Source: Candidatus Eiseniibacteriota bacterium (GTDB lineage Bacteria > Eisenbacteria > RBG-16-71-46 > JABDJR01 > JAWXBZ01). From it: a DNA stretch of 11,599 bases. Where the stretch lies: the NCBI GenBank assembly GCA_034440375.1, contig JAWXBZ010000260.1:1-11599 (forward strand), given 5' to 3'. Both the position numbers and the translations under genes were made by a program. Within the stretch, counting starts at the first letter, position 1. Each line of letters opens with the position of its first letter. This document shows positions 1 through 7,546 of this stretch, piece by piece. The notes below the pieces were generated by a model. That model was not told the DNA's origin and did no database searches. It saw only the letters and a list, made by a program, of their open reading frames with translations.

Positions 1-14
1 CCCATGCCTGTCAT
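1..14 (-). CDS. Possible 5' end of a divergently transcribed gene leaving the window (product unknown)
   Basis: Minus strand reads AGGAGG (30-25), a 10-nt spacer, then ATG ACA GGC ATG (14-3). The second in-frame ATG at 5-3 has GGGAG (19-15) 9 nt upstream. Only 4 full codons are visible. Confidence 0.35.
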
Positions 15-19
15 CTCCC

Positions 20-44
20 GTGACCCTCCTCATGGGAGGGTTAC
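20..44. promoter_or_regulatory. Inverted repeat/hairpin covering the minus-strand SD
   Basis: GTGACCCTCCT-CAT-GGGAGGGTTAC: 11-bp stem on + (two G-U pairs); the core ACCCTCC/GGAGGGT is perfect on both strands. No U tract follows. Confidence 0.55.
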
Positions 45-79
45 CTATCAGATGGCGCGACGATGCACCCACGGGTTAC

Positions 80-110
80 ATTTTAGACGGCGCGATACGT
101 CATCTTTCAA
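80..110 (-). promoter_or_regulatory. Candidate sigma70-type promoter for the divergent gene
   Basis: Minus strand TTGAAA (110-105), 19-nt spacer, TAAAAT (85-80). Hexamers are good but the spacer is long. Confidence 0.35.
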
Positions 111-134
111 AAGGTGCCGGTCAAAACGTATTCT
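106..134 (+). promoter_or_regulatory. Candidate sigma70-type promoter for hldA-hldC
   Basis: TTCAAA (106-111), 17-nt spacer, TATTCT (129-134), then 6 nt to GTG at 141. Confidence 0.55.
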
Positions 135-140
135 CCACGG

Positions 141-1142
141 GTGAACCAATCCCGTTCCCTTTCCAAAGCCGATGTTGCGGACCGCCTTGATCGAGTCCGC
201 GGGCGCGTCCTCCTGGTGCTCGGCGATGTCATGCTCGATCGCTACCTCTGGGGCAATGTTCATCGCATCTCCCCCGAGGCCCCGGTCCCGGTGGTCGACG
301 TCGAATCCGAGAGCGTCCGGTTGGGGGGCGCGGCCAATGTGGCGCAAAACGTGGCTGCCCTGGGCGCCCGGCCGATCCTGATCGGCGTCACCGGCGACGA
401 TCATCCCGCCCGGTTGCTGGCCGCCGAGCTCGCCGCGAGGGGCCTTGGCTCGGACAATCTGATCGTTGACACGACGCGACCGACCTCGATCAAGACACGA
501 ATCGTGGCCCGGCATCAGCAGGTCGTGCGCGCCGATCAGGAGAGCCGGGAGGAGGTCCGTGCCGTCATCGAGGAACAGATCATCGCCTTCGTGCGTTGTC
601 GGCTCCCGGATCTGGCCGCCTGCATCGTCTCCGACTACGGCAAGGGTGTGATCACCCGGAGTCTCCTCGAGACGCTGCTCCCCGAGTTGACCAAAGCCGG
701 CGTCCCGGTCTGCGTCGATCCAAAGGAAACGCACTTCTTCAGCTATCGGGGAGTCAGTGTCATCACGCCTAATCTGCTGGAGGCCGGTGCGGCCTGGGGT
801 CGGCCACTCCGCACCGATGAATTGCTCGACCAGGCCGGCAGCGAGTTGCGCGAGCGCCTGGCGGCTCACGCCGTGCTGATCACCCGGGGCGACCGGGGGA
901 TGTCGCTCTTTGAAACCGATCGTCCGCGACTCGACCTCAATACCGTGGCCCGCGAGGTATATGACGTCACGGGCGCCGGTGATACGGTGGTCAGTGTCTA
1001 CGCCGCGCTCCTGGCGGCCGGCGCCTCCCACCCGGAGGCCGCCGAGATCTCGAATCACGCCGCCGGGATCGTCGTTCGCGAGGTCGGCACCGGGACAGCT
1101 TCCCCGGCGGCCATCCTCGAGTCGTTCCACGAGGCGCCCTGA
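141..1142 (+). CDS. hldA: D-glycero-beta-D-manno-heptose-7-phosphate kinase (RfaE domain I, PfkB family)
   Basis: Motifs LGDVMLDRY, RISPEAPVPVV, GGAANVA, SDYGKG, VDPK, ITPN, DVTGAGDTV. The ORF is open from GTG 114; GTG 141 is preferred because of promoter geometry. Confidence 0.95.
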   Translation: MNQSRSLSKADVADRLDRVRGRVLLVLGDVMLDRYLWGNVHRISPEAPVPVVDVESESVRLGGAANVAQNVAALGARPILIGVTGDDHPARLLAAELAARGLGSDNLIVDTTRPTSIKTRIVARHQQVVRADQESREEVRAVIEEQIIAFVRCRLPDLAACIVSDYGKGVITRSLLETLLPELTKAGVPVCVDPKETHFFSYRGVSVITPNLLEAGAAWGRPLRTDELLDQAGSELRERLAAHAVLITRGDRGMSLFETDRPRLDLNTVAREVYDVTGAGDTVVSVYAALLAAGASHPEAAEISNHAAGIVVREVGTGTASPAAILESFHEAP

Positions 1143-1144
1143 TC

Positions 1145-1630
1145 GTGGGCATCGCGACTCTTGAAGAACTGCTGCCCCGGATTTCGGACGCCCGCCATGC
1201 CGGCCAGACCATCGTATTCACGAACGGAGTCTTTGACATTCTCCATCGTGGGCATGTCACCTACCTCGAGGAAGCACGGCGCCTGGGGGATCTCCTGATC
1301 GTCGGGCTCAATACGGACGAATCGGTTCACCGTCTCAAGGGACCCGGGCGGCCGGTCAATACGCTGGAGGACCGGGCGGCAGTTCTGGTCGCCCTGCGCT
1401 CGGTCGATTTCGTCGTGCCGTTCGCCGAGGACACCCCGCTTCGACTGATCGAGGCCCTGACACCCTCGGTGCTGGTCAAAGGCGGGGACTACGCGGCCAG
1501 CGAAGTGGTGGGCGGGGACTGGGTCGTGAAGCACGGCGGTCATATTCATATAGCGCCAACACTTAGGGGATATTCGAGCACTGGTATCATCAGGGGGCTG
1601 CGCCCGGAACCGTTGCCCCCCGACTCTTGA
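1145..1630 (+). CDS. hldC: D-glycero-beta-D-manno-heptose 1-phosphate adenylyltransferase (RfaE domain II)
   Basis: FTNGVFDILHRGH (HxGH), VGLNTDESVHRLKGPGRP, FAEDTP, LVKGGDY, GYSST. GTG start 2 nt after the hldA stop. Confidence 0.95.
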   Translation: MGIATLEELLPRISDARHAGQTIVFTNGVFDILHRGHVTYLEEARRLGDLLIVGLNTDESVHRLKGPGRPVNTLEDRAAVLVALRSVDFVVPFAEDTPLRLIEALTPSVLVKGGDYAASEVVGGDWVVKHGGHIHIAPTLRGYSSTGIIRGLRPEPLPPDS

Positions 1631-1655
1631 CTTTTCAGGTGTCACGGACTAGGCT
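1627..1655 (+). promoter_or_regulatory. sigma70-type promoter overlapping the hldC stop codon
   Basis: TTGACT (1627-1632), 17-nt spacer, TAGGCT (1650-1655); inferred start site about 1661-1663. Confidence 0.7.
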
Positions 1656-1671
1656 TTCCGCTTGATTTTTA

Positions 1672-1776
1672 ATGGGGTTACGTCGCACGGCGCCGGGCGC
1701 TTTTTTTTTGCCCGCCCGGGCTGTTTCGAATAGTCCAGGGCCCGATGGGCCGGCCCGTCGACTTCCAGGAAGCTAA
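1672..1776 (+). CDS. Candidate 34-aa leader peptide (uORF) MGLRRTAPGAFFLPARAVSNSPGPDGPARRLPGS
   Basis: ATG 1672 is open to TAA 1774-1776, immediately followed by the in-frame ATG 1777. No SD; translation is unproven. Confidence 0.3.
   Translation: MGLRRTAPGAFFLPARAVSNSPGPDGPARRLPGS
1689..1709 (+). terminator. Weak terminator/attenuator-like element in the leader
   Basis: GCGC-CGG-GCGC stem (1690-1700, extendable by G1689-U1701) followed by T9 (1701-1709). Competing pairing CCGGGCG (1693-1699) with CGCCCGG (1713-1719). The stem is short. Confidence 0.3.
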
Positions 1777-3108
1777 ATGGCGACTCAATCAAAGATCGTG
1801 ATTCTGGGCGCGGGTGGCCGCGATTTCCATAACTTCAATACCGTTTATCGCGGGGACAACTCCGTACGGGTTGTGGCCTTCACCGCCACTCAAATCCCCA
1901 ACATCGAGAACCGGCGCTATCCGGCCTCGCTGGCCGGCCCCCTCTACCCCGAGGGGATTCCCATACGCCCCGAAGCCGACCTGCCGGCCATCGTGGCCGA
2001 AAACGGACCGCTGAACGTGATATTTGCCTACAGCGACGTCTCGCACGAGTACGTGATGCACCGGGCATCCTGGGCCATGGCGCTCGGCTGCAATTTCACG
2101 CTTCTCGGCCCCTCGGCAACGGCCATTCCATCGCGGATCCCGGTCGTGGCGGTTTGCGCGGTCCGAACTGGAGCCGGCAAGAGTCAGACCAGCCGGCGCG
2201 TCGTGGAACTCCTGACGGCGCGAGGCCTCAAGGTCGTGGTGGTGCGGCACCCCATGCCCTACGGCGAATTGGAGCGACAGGGTGTGCAGCGCTTCGCCAC
2301 GTTCGACGACCTGGTCAAAGCCGACTGCACCATCGAGGAGAGGGAGGAGTACGAGCCTCACCTGGAACGGGGAAGCATCGTCTTTGCCGGCGTTGACTAC
2401 GGCGCCATCCTGGCCGAGGTCGAGAAAGAGGCCCAGGTTCTCCTCTGGGACGGCGGCAACAACGACTTCCCATTCTACAAGCCCGACCTCCATCTGGTGG
2501 TCGCCGACCCGCATCGGCCGGGCCACGAGCAGCGGTACCACCCGGGTGAAACGAATTTCCGGATGGCCGATGTCGTCATTATCAACAAGGAGACGACAGC
2601 CGACTACGCCGGGATCCGTCAGGTCGAGGAATCGATCGCGGCGCTGAACCCGAAGGCGCAGGTCGTCCACGCCGCCTCGCCGATTTTCGTCGACAAGCCG
2701 GAGCTGATTCGTGGGAAGCGGGCCCTCGTCATCGAGGATGGCCCCACCCTGACCCACGGGGAGATGACCTACGGCGCCGGCGTCATCGCCGCGCAGCAAT
2801 TCGGCGCCAGTACGCTCGTCGATCCGCGGCCATGGGTCACGGGCGAGATGGCCGGTACCTTCCGCAACTATCCGAAAATCGGCACACTGCTGCCGGCCAT
2901 GGGCTACAGCCCGGCCCAGATCAAGGATATGGAATCCACCATCAACGCCGCCGAGTGCGACGTGGTAATCATCGCCACGCCGATTGATCTCGGCCGCCTG
3001 ATGACATTGAACAAGCCGTCCGTCCGGGTTCGCTATGAGCTCGAGGAAATTGGCCGGCCAAAGCTTGTCGACATTCTGAACGACTTCTGCGCGGCGCGCG
3101 GACTCTAA
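1777..3108 (+). CDS. COG2403 P-loop protein, probably arginine synthetase (ArcE-type); family usually annotated as cyclic 2,3-diphosphoglycerate synthetase or GTPase
   Basis: N-terminal ILGAGGRDFHNFN and VVAFTATQIP, Walker A AVRTGAGKS, RHPMPYG, TIEEREEYEPH, WDGGNND, IINK, EDGPTLTHG, LPAMGY. SD-like AGGA at 1767-1770. Confidence 0.8.
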   Translation: MATQSKIVILGAGGRDFHNFNTVYRGDNSVRVVAFTATQIPNIENRRYPASLAGPLYPEGIPIRPEADLPAIVAENGPLNVIFAYSDVSHEYVMHRASWAMALGCNFTLLGPSATAIPSRIPVVAVCAVRTGAGKSQTSRRVVELLTARGLKVVVVRHPMPYGELERQGVQRFATFDDLVKADCTIEEREEYEPHLERGSIVFAGVDYGAILAEVEKEAQVLLWDGGNNDFPFYKPDLHLVVADPHRPGHEQRYHPGETNFRMADVVIINKETTADYAGIRQVEESIAALNPKAQVVHAASPIFVDKPELIRGKRALVIEDGPTLTHGEMTYGAGVIAAQQFGASTLVDPRPWVTGEMAGTFRNYPKIGTLLPAMGYSPAQIKDMESTINAAECDVVIIATPIDLGRLMTLNKPSVRVRYELEEIGRPKLVDILNDFCAARGL

Positions 3109-3128
3109 AGAGAAAGGACTCGCACCCG

Positions 3129-4268
3129 GTGAACCTCCACGAGTATCAGGGCAGGGAAATATTTGCCCGCTTCGGCATCCCGGTGCCGCCCGGCCATGTC
3201 GCCCGGACGAAAGCGGAGGCCGGGATGCATACCCGCGCGCTCAACGTGCCGGTCGTGGTCAAGGCGCAGGTCCATTCGGGCGGTCGTGGCAAGGCGGGCG
3301 GCGTCAAGCTGGCGGTGGATGCGGCGGAAGCCGAATTGAAGGCCTCCGCAATCCTTGGCATGGATATCAAGGGGCACCGGGTGAACCAGGTTTTGATCAC
3401 CCCGGCCACGGACATCGCCCGGGAGATTTACCTCGGCATCGTGCTCGATCGCGGCGCAAAGAAGCCGGTGATCATGGCCTCGGCGGCCGGCGGCATCGAC
3501 ATCGAAGAGGTGGCCCGGACCGCTCCCGAGAAGATCGTGAAGTTTCATCTCGATTCGAAGGGGAGTTTCCGCCCCTGGATGGCCCGCCAGGTTGCGTTCC
3601 AGATCGAAAAAGAACCCAAAATCGCCCAGCAGGTGGCGTCGATTCTCGAGAAATTGGTTCGCGTCTACTGGGAGTGCGATTGTTCGCTGGCTGAAATCAA
3701 TCCGCTGGTCGTCACGCCGACCGGCCAGGTGGTGGCCATCGATGCCAAGGTTGTCCTCGACGACAACGGTCTCGTCCGCCACCCCGAGTTCGAGGCACTC
3801 CGTGATGGTGAATCGGACACCGAGCGGCTGGCCCGGGAGAAGGGGCTGTCATTCATCCCCCTCGAGGGTACGATCGGTTGCGTCGTGAACGGGGCCGGAT
3901 TGGCCATGGCCACGATGGACCTGGTCAAGCATTTCGGTGCGGAACCGGCCAACTTTCTCGACATCGGCGGTTCGTCGAATCCGGAAAAGGTAGTGGCGGC
4001 CATGACGATCATCACCTCGGACCCGAACGTGAAAGCCATCCTCTTCAACATCTTCGGCGGTATCACCCGTTGCGATGACGTGGCGCGGGGCATAGTGACC
4101 GCCCTCGAGAAGAAGCCGGTATCGCTTCCAATCGTGGTGCGCCTGACCGGCACCAACGAGGAGGAGGGGCGGGCCATTCTGGCCGGGGCGAAAGGAATCA
4201 CGCCGGCGCTCACCATGGATGAGGCCGCCCAAAAGGTCATCGCCATGGCGGCGGGAGGTGCGGCATGA
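3129..4268 (+). CDS. sucC: Succinyl-CoA synthetase beta subunit
   Basis: [73 protein letters not shown] start, AAAGGA at 3113-3118. Confidence 0.97.
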   Translation: MNLHEYQGREIFARFGIPVPPGHVARTKAEAGMHTRALNVPVVVKAQVHSGGRGKAGGVKLAVDAAEAELKASAILGMDIKGHRVNQVLITPATDIAREIYLGIVLDRGAKKPVIMASAAGGIDIEEVARTAPEKIVKFHLDSKGSFRPWMARQVAFQIEKEPKIAQQVASILEKLVRVYWECDCSLAEINPLVVTPTGQVVAIDAKVVLDDNGLVRHPEFEALRDGESDTERLAREKGLSFIPLEGTIGCVVNGAGLAMATMDLVKHFGAEPANFLDIGGSSNPEKVVAAMTIITSDPNVKAILFNIFGGITRCDDVARGIVTALEKKPVSLPIVVRLTGTNEEEGRAILAGAKGITPALTMDEAAQKVIAMAAGGAA

Positions 4269-5143
4269 GCATCTTTCTTCATGCCAACTCCAAGGTTCTG
4301 GTCCAGGGCATAACCGGCCGGGACGGAGCCTTTCACACCCAGAAAATGCTGGAGTACGGAACGAAAATCGTCGGAGGCGTCACACCTGGCAAAGGTGGCG
4401 AGACGATGCATGGCGTGCCCGTATTCAACACGGTGGCGGACGCCGTCACCCGGACGGGTGCCGACACCTCGGTCATCTACGTGCCGGCGGCCTTCTGCGC
4501 CGATGCCATCTATGAAGCAGTCGACGCCGGCATCAAGCTCATCATTGCCATCACCGAAGGGGTGCCTTCGCTCGACATGGTCGAATGCGTTCCGTATGTC
4601 AAATCCAGGGGCGCGCGCCTGATCGGCCCCAACTGCCCAGGCCTCATCTCGCCGGGCCAGTCCAACGTGGGCATCCTGCCCGGTCGCATCTGCATGGCGG
4701 GTCATGTGGGCCTCGTTTCCCGGTCCGGAACTTTGACCTACGAAGCCGTCGACGCGCTTACGCGGGCCGGCCTCGGGCAGTCAACCTGCGTCGGCATCGG
4801 CGGTGATCCGGTCAATGGCACCAGCTTCATCGATTGCCTGGCTGCGTTCGAGGCCGACGGCGAGACGCAGGCGGTCGTCCTGATCGGCGAGATCGGCGGG
4901 AGCGACGAGGAAGCCGCCGCGGACTTCATTCGATCGAGGATGTCGAAGCCGGTGGTTGGTTTCATCGCCGGCCAGACGGCCCCTCCCGGGAAGCGGATGG
5001 GGCATGCCGGAGCGATCGTCGAGGGCGGGGCCGGGACGGCCGCCGACAAGATCAAGGCACTGGGCGCGGCCGGCGTCCCGGTGGCACGAATTCCTTCAGA
5101 AATCGCGACACTCATGAAGCGGGCCATCACCGCCATCCGATGA
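4265..5143 (+). CDS. sucD: Succinyl-CoA synthetase alpha subunit
   Basis: [46 protein letters not shown], phospho-His motif RMGHAGA. ATGA overlap with sucC; GGAGGT SD. Confidence 0.97.
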   Translation: MSIFLHANSKVLVQGITGRDGAFHTQKMLEYGTKIVGGVTPGKGGETMHGVPVFNTVADAVTRTGADTSVIYVPAAFCADAIYEAVDAGIKLIIAITEGVPSLDMVECVPYVKSRGARLIGPNCPGLISPGQSNVGILPGRICMAGHVGLVSRSGTLTYEAVDALTRAGLGQSTCVGIGGDPVNGTSFIDCLAAFEADGETQAVVLIGEIGGSDEEAAADFIRSRMSKPVVGFIAGQTAPPGKRMGHAGAIVEGGAGTAADKIKALGAAGVPVARIPSEIATLMKRAITAIR

Positions 5144-5216
5144 CCTGACCGCAAGCCATCCGACGCCACCGTACGCGGGGACGTCCATCAACGAACCAAA
5201 GGAAAAGACGGATTCC

Positions 5217-5624
5217 ATGGAAACGACACTGATGATCCTGAAGCCCGATGCCGCCGAACGGAATCTCGTTGGCAGCATCCTGGCCCGGATCGAGGCTTCG
5301 GGCCTCAAGATCGCGCGGCTCGAGATGATTCGGCTCACTCCCGAGCGCGCCCGAAAGTTTTATCATGTGCACGAAGGAAAGCCGTTCATCGACGACCTGG
5401 TAGCCTACATGTCGCGTGGCACGGTGGTCGTCGGCGCCCTGGAGGGAGAGGACGCCATCACACGCTGGCGCGAACTCATGGGCGCCACCAACCCGGCGAA
5501 CGCCGCCCCGGGCACCATCCGGAAGGATTTCGCCGTCGACATTCAGACCAACACCGTTCATGGGTCCGATTCGCCGGCCTCGGCCGCCGAGGAGATCCCA
5601 TATTTTTTCCCGAAGCCGCTCTGA
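5217..5624 (+). CDS. ndk: Nucleoside diphosphate kinase
   Basis: [30 protein letters not shown], catalytic NTVHGSDS. Confidence 0.97.
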   Translation: METTLMILKPDAAERNLVGSILARIEASGLKIARLEMIRLTPERARKFYHVHEGKPFIDDLVAYMSRGTVVVGALEGEDAITRWRELMGATNPANAAPGTIRKDFAVDIQTNTVHGSDSPASAAEEIPYFFPKPL

Positions 5625-5665
5625 GCTTTACTGCTCGCGCGGCGGACCATCCGGACCCGCTGACC

Positions 5666-6235
5666 ATGAATCGACACGAAGGCAAACCCAGGAAGAGCGA
5701 ACGATCGGGGACGAGGCGGATCATCCTGCCCATCTCGCAGCTCGAGGTCGGTCGCACCCCCCTGGAGTTGTCAATCGACCTGGGTGATCTCGAACTGGAC
5801 AACTGGGTCCGTCCGCTCGAATTGATGGTCATGACCGGATCGGTCGACAAGTTCGGCGAAACGGTCACGATCCGCGGCCACGGCGAAACCCGGGTCAACG
5901 AAACCTGCTCCCGCTGCACCCAAACGTTCATTCAACCCCTCCAGGTTGACATTCTCGTGTTTTGTGACCGCCGGGGAAGCGACTCCGTGGTGGATGCCCG
6001 CCAGTTGGAACAGGAGGGGGAGGTCGTTTACCATGACGGGGTCAGCGTCGACCTGACCAATCCGATTCGGGAGGCGATCATCCTGGCCGAGCCGATGAAT
6101 CCGGTCTGTCGGGAGGACTGCAAAGGCCTTTGCGCCGGTTGTGGTGCCGACCTGAACACCGAAAGCTGCCGCTGCGGCGAGCCGGAACCGGATCCACGAT
6201 GGACGGCTCTTGGCCAATTGAAATCAAAGCCCTGA
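5666..6235 (+). CDS. yceD: YceD/DUF177 family protein (Cys-rich type)
   Basis: CSRC, PVCREDCKGLCAGCGADLN...CRC, DPRW; canonical position upstream of rpmF. Start uncertain. Confidence 0.9.
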   Translation: MNRHEGKPRKSERSGTRRIILPISQLEVGRTPLELSIDLGDLELDNWVRPLELMVMTGSVDKFGETVTIRGHGETRVNETCSRCTQTFIQPLQVDILVFCDRRGSDSVVDARQLEQEGEVVYHDGVSVDLTNPIREAIILAEPMNPVCREDCKGLCAGCGADLNTESCRCGEPEPDPRWTALGQLKSKP

Positions 6236-6320
6236 AATCGACGGCGCCCGAAGGGGATGCCGAACGACGCCAGATCGAAAACCGGACCCGGCGCGGTCCA
6301 TTGAGAGGAGAGTACGACTC

Positions 6321-6503
6321 ATGGCAGTTCCAAAAAGACGACACTCCCACACCAGGGGAGCCAAGCGACGGACCCACTGGAAGCTCAAGGCGACCAGTCT
6401 GGCCACCTGCTCGCACTGCACACAGCCGAAGTTGCCGCACCGGGTGTGTCCGAACTGCGGCTATTACGACGGCGTCGAGGTCATCACCCCCCGCGAGTCG
6501 TGA
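6321..6503 (+). CDS. rpmF: 50S ribosomal protein L32 (zinc-ribbon form)
   Basis: MAVPKRRHS...RRTH, CSHC...PHRVCPNCGYY; SD GAGGAG 6305-6310. Confidence 0.97.
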   Translation: MAVPKRRHSHTRGAKRRTHWKLKATSLATCSHCTQPKLPHRVCPNCGYYDGVEVITPRES

Positions 6504-7546
6504 GCGCGGCAAGACCGATTACGGTCGGTGTTGACGGCATGGGCGGCGACGACGGTCCCGGCGTCATCGTGGAGGGTGCCCTGCTGGCGCTTCGGGAATT
6601 CAGCCCGGAGACTCGGGTCGCCCTGATTGGCGATCAGCGTGTTCTCGAAGCGGAAGTTCGCCGACTCGATCCGTCGGGTGCCGCCGGAGGTCGCCTCCTG
6701 ATTGAGCATGCCGCCGAATCGGTCGGGATGGGTGAGGAGGCCGTGGTGGCGGCCCGTCGCAAGAAGGAATCCTCGCTGGCCATCGGCACCCGGCTCATGA
6801 AGGAGGGAGGCATCGACGCCCTGTTCTCGGCCGGCAATACCGGGGCCATGGTTGCGGCGTCGCTCCTCGGCCTCGGCCGGATTCCCGGCGTTCAGCGGCC
6901 CGCGCTCGCCACGCGCGTGCCGGCCGACACCCCCAGCGGTTTTTGCGTCATTCTCGACGTGGGAGCTACCTCCGATTGCAAGCCGGCTCATCTCGCCCAG
7001 TTCGCCATCATGGGTGATATTTATGCCCGGAGCGCCCTCGGTGTGGCCCAACCGCGGGTCGGATTGCTCAATATCGGCGAGGAGCCATCCAAGGGGAACG
7101 AACTGGCCCGCGAAGCGCATGCCCTGATTTCCCGGGCCCCGATCAACTTCGTCGGCAACGTGGAGGGGCGTGACATCTTTCGCGGCCAGGCCGATGTCGT
7201 CGTCACCGATGGATTCACGGGAAACGTGGTTCTCAAGTTTCTGGAAAGCGTCCTGGGATGGACCGGCCGCCTCCTGAAGGAGGAAATCAAATCGAGCCTG
7301 ATGGCCCGGCTCGGCGCTCTGCTCATCCTGCCGAGCCTCTCGGGCCTCCGCCGCCGACTCGACTATGCCGAGTACGGCGGCGCACCACTTCTGGGCATCA
7401 AAGGCACCTGCATCGTGGGGCACGGGCGCTCCTCGCCCCTGGCCGTCAAGAACGGGCTGAAGGCTGGCGCCGCCTTTGTCTCTCAGAACATCAACGAGCA
7501 GATCCAGGAAGTCCTTGGCAAGGAGAGGGTGGAACACGTTGGCTGA
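6500..7546 (+). CDS. plsX: Phosphate acyltransferase
   Basis: VDGMGGD, SAGNTGA, RPAL, LDVGA, LLNIGEEPSKG, GNVEG, VTDGFTGNVVLK, GGAPLLG, HGRS. Start placed at GTG 6500 (GTGA overlap with the rpmF stop) rather than 6446. Confidence 0.95.
   Translation: MSAARPITVGVDGMGGDDGPGVIVEGALLALREFSPETRVALIGDQRVLEAEVRRLDPSGAAGGRLLIEHAAESVGMGEEAVVAARRKKESSLAIGTRLMKEGGIDALFSAGNTGAMVAASLLGLGRIPGVQRPALATRVPADTPSGFCVILDVGATSDCKPAHLAQFAIMGDIYARSALGVAQPRVGLLNIGEEPSKGNELAREAHALISRAPINFVGNVEGRDIFRGQADVVVTDGFTGNVVLKFLESVLGWTGRLLKEEIKSSLMARLGALLILPSLSGLRRRLDYAEYGGAPLLGIKGTCIVGHGRSSPLAVKNGLKAGAAFVSQNINEQIQEVLGKERVEHVG

Noticed and set aside
48..1130. 360-aa minus-strand ORF, and similar long antisense ORFs at 1789-2799, 3105-3782, 3665-4705, 6464-7606 and 8393-9133
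   Set aside because: They lie opposite well-conserved genes, show no recognisable motifs, and are the expected shadow ORFs of GC-rich codon usage.
1555..1590. HldC C-terminal TLRGYSST as a possible Arg-containing GRSTT variant linked (from recall) to CDP/UDP-heptose formation
   Set aside because: The residue before SST is Tyr, not Arg, so there is no support for broadened nucleotide use.
1672..3108. Stop-codon readthrough or an N-terminally extended protein joining the uORF to the arcE-like gene
   Set aside because: The stop is TAA, ATG 1777 has its own SD-like AGGA, and the family N-terminus begins right after 1777.
1777..3108. Cyclic 2,3-diphosphoglycerate (thermoprotectant) synthesis
   Set aside because: No DGEHY-type N-terminus and no 2-phosphoglycerate kinase gene in the window; motifs fit the ArcE-like branch better.
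5144..5216. sucD-ndk spacer as a terminator or small RNA
   Set aside because: No convincing stem with a U tract; only a purine-rich SD-like AAAGGA is visible.
6130..6534. 134-aa + strand ORF spanning the yceD end and rpmF
   Set aside because: Overlaps two real genes out of frame and has no recognisable motifs.
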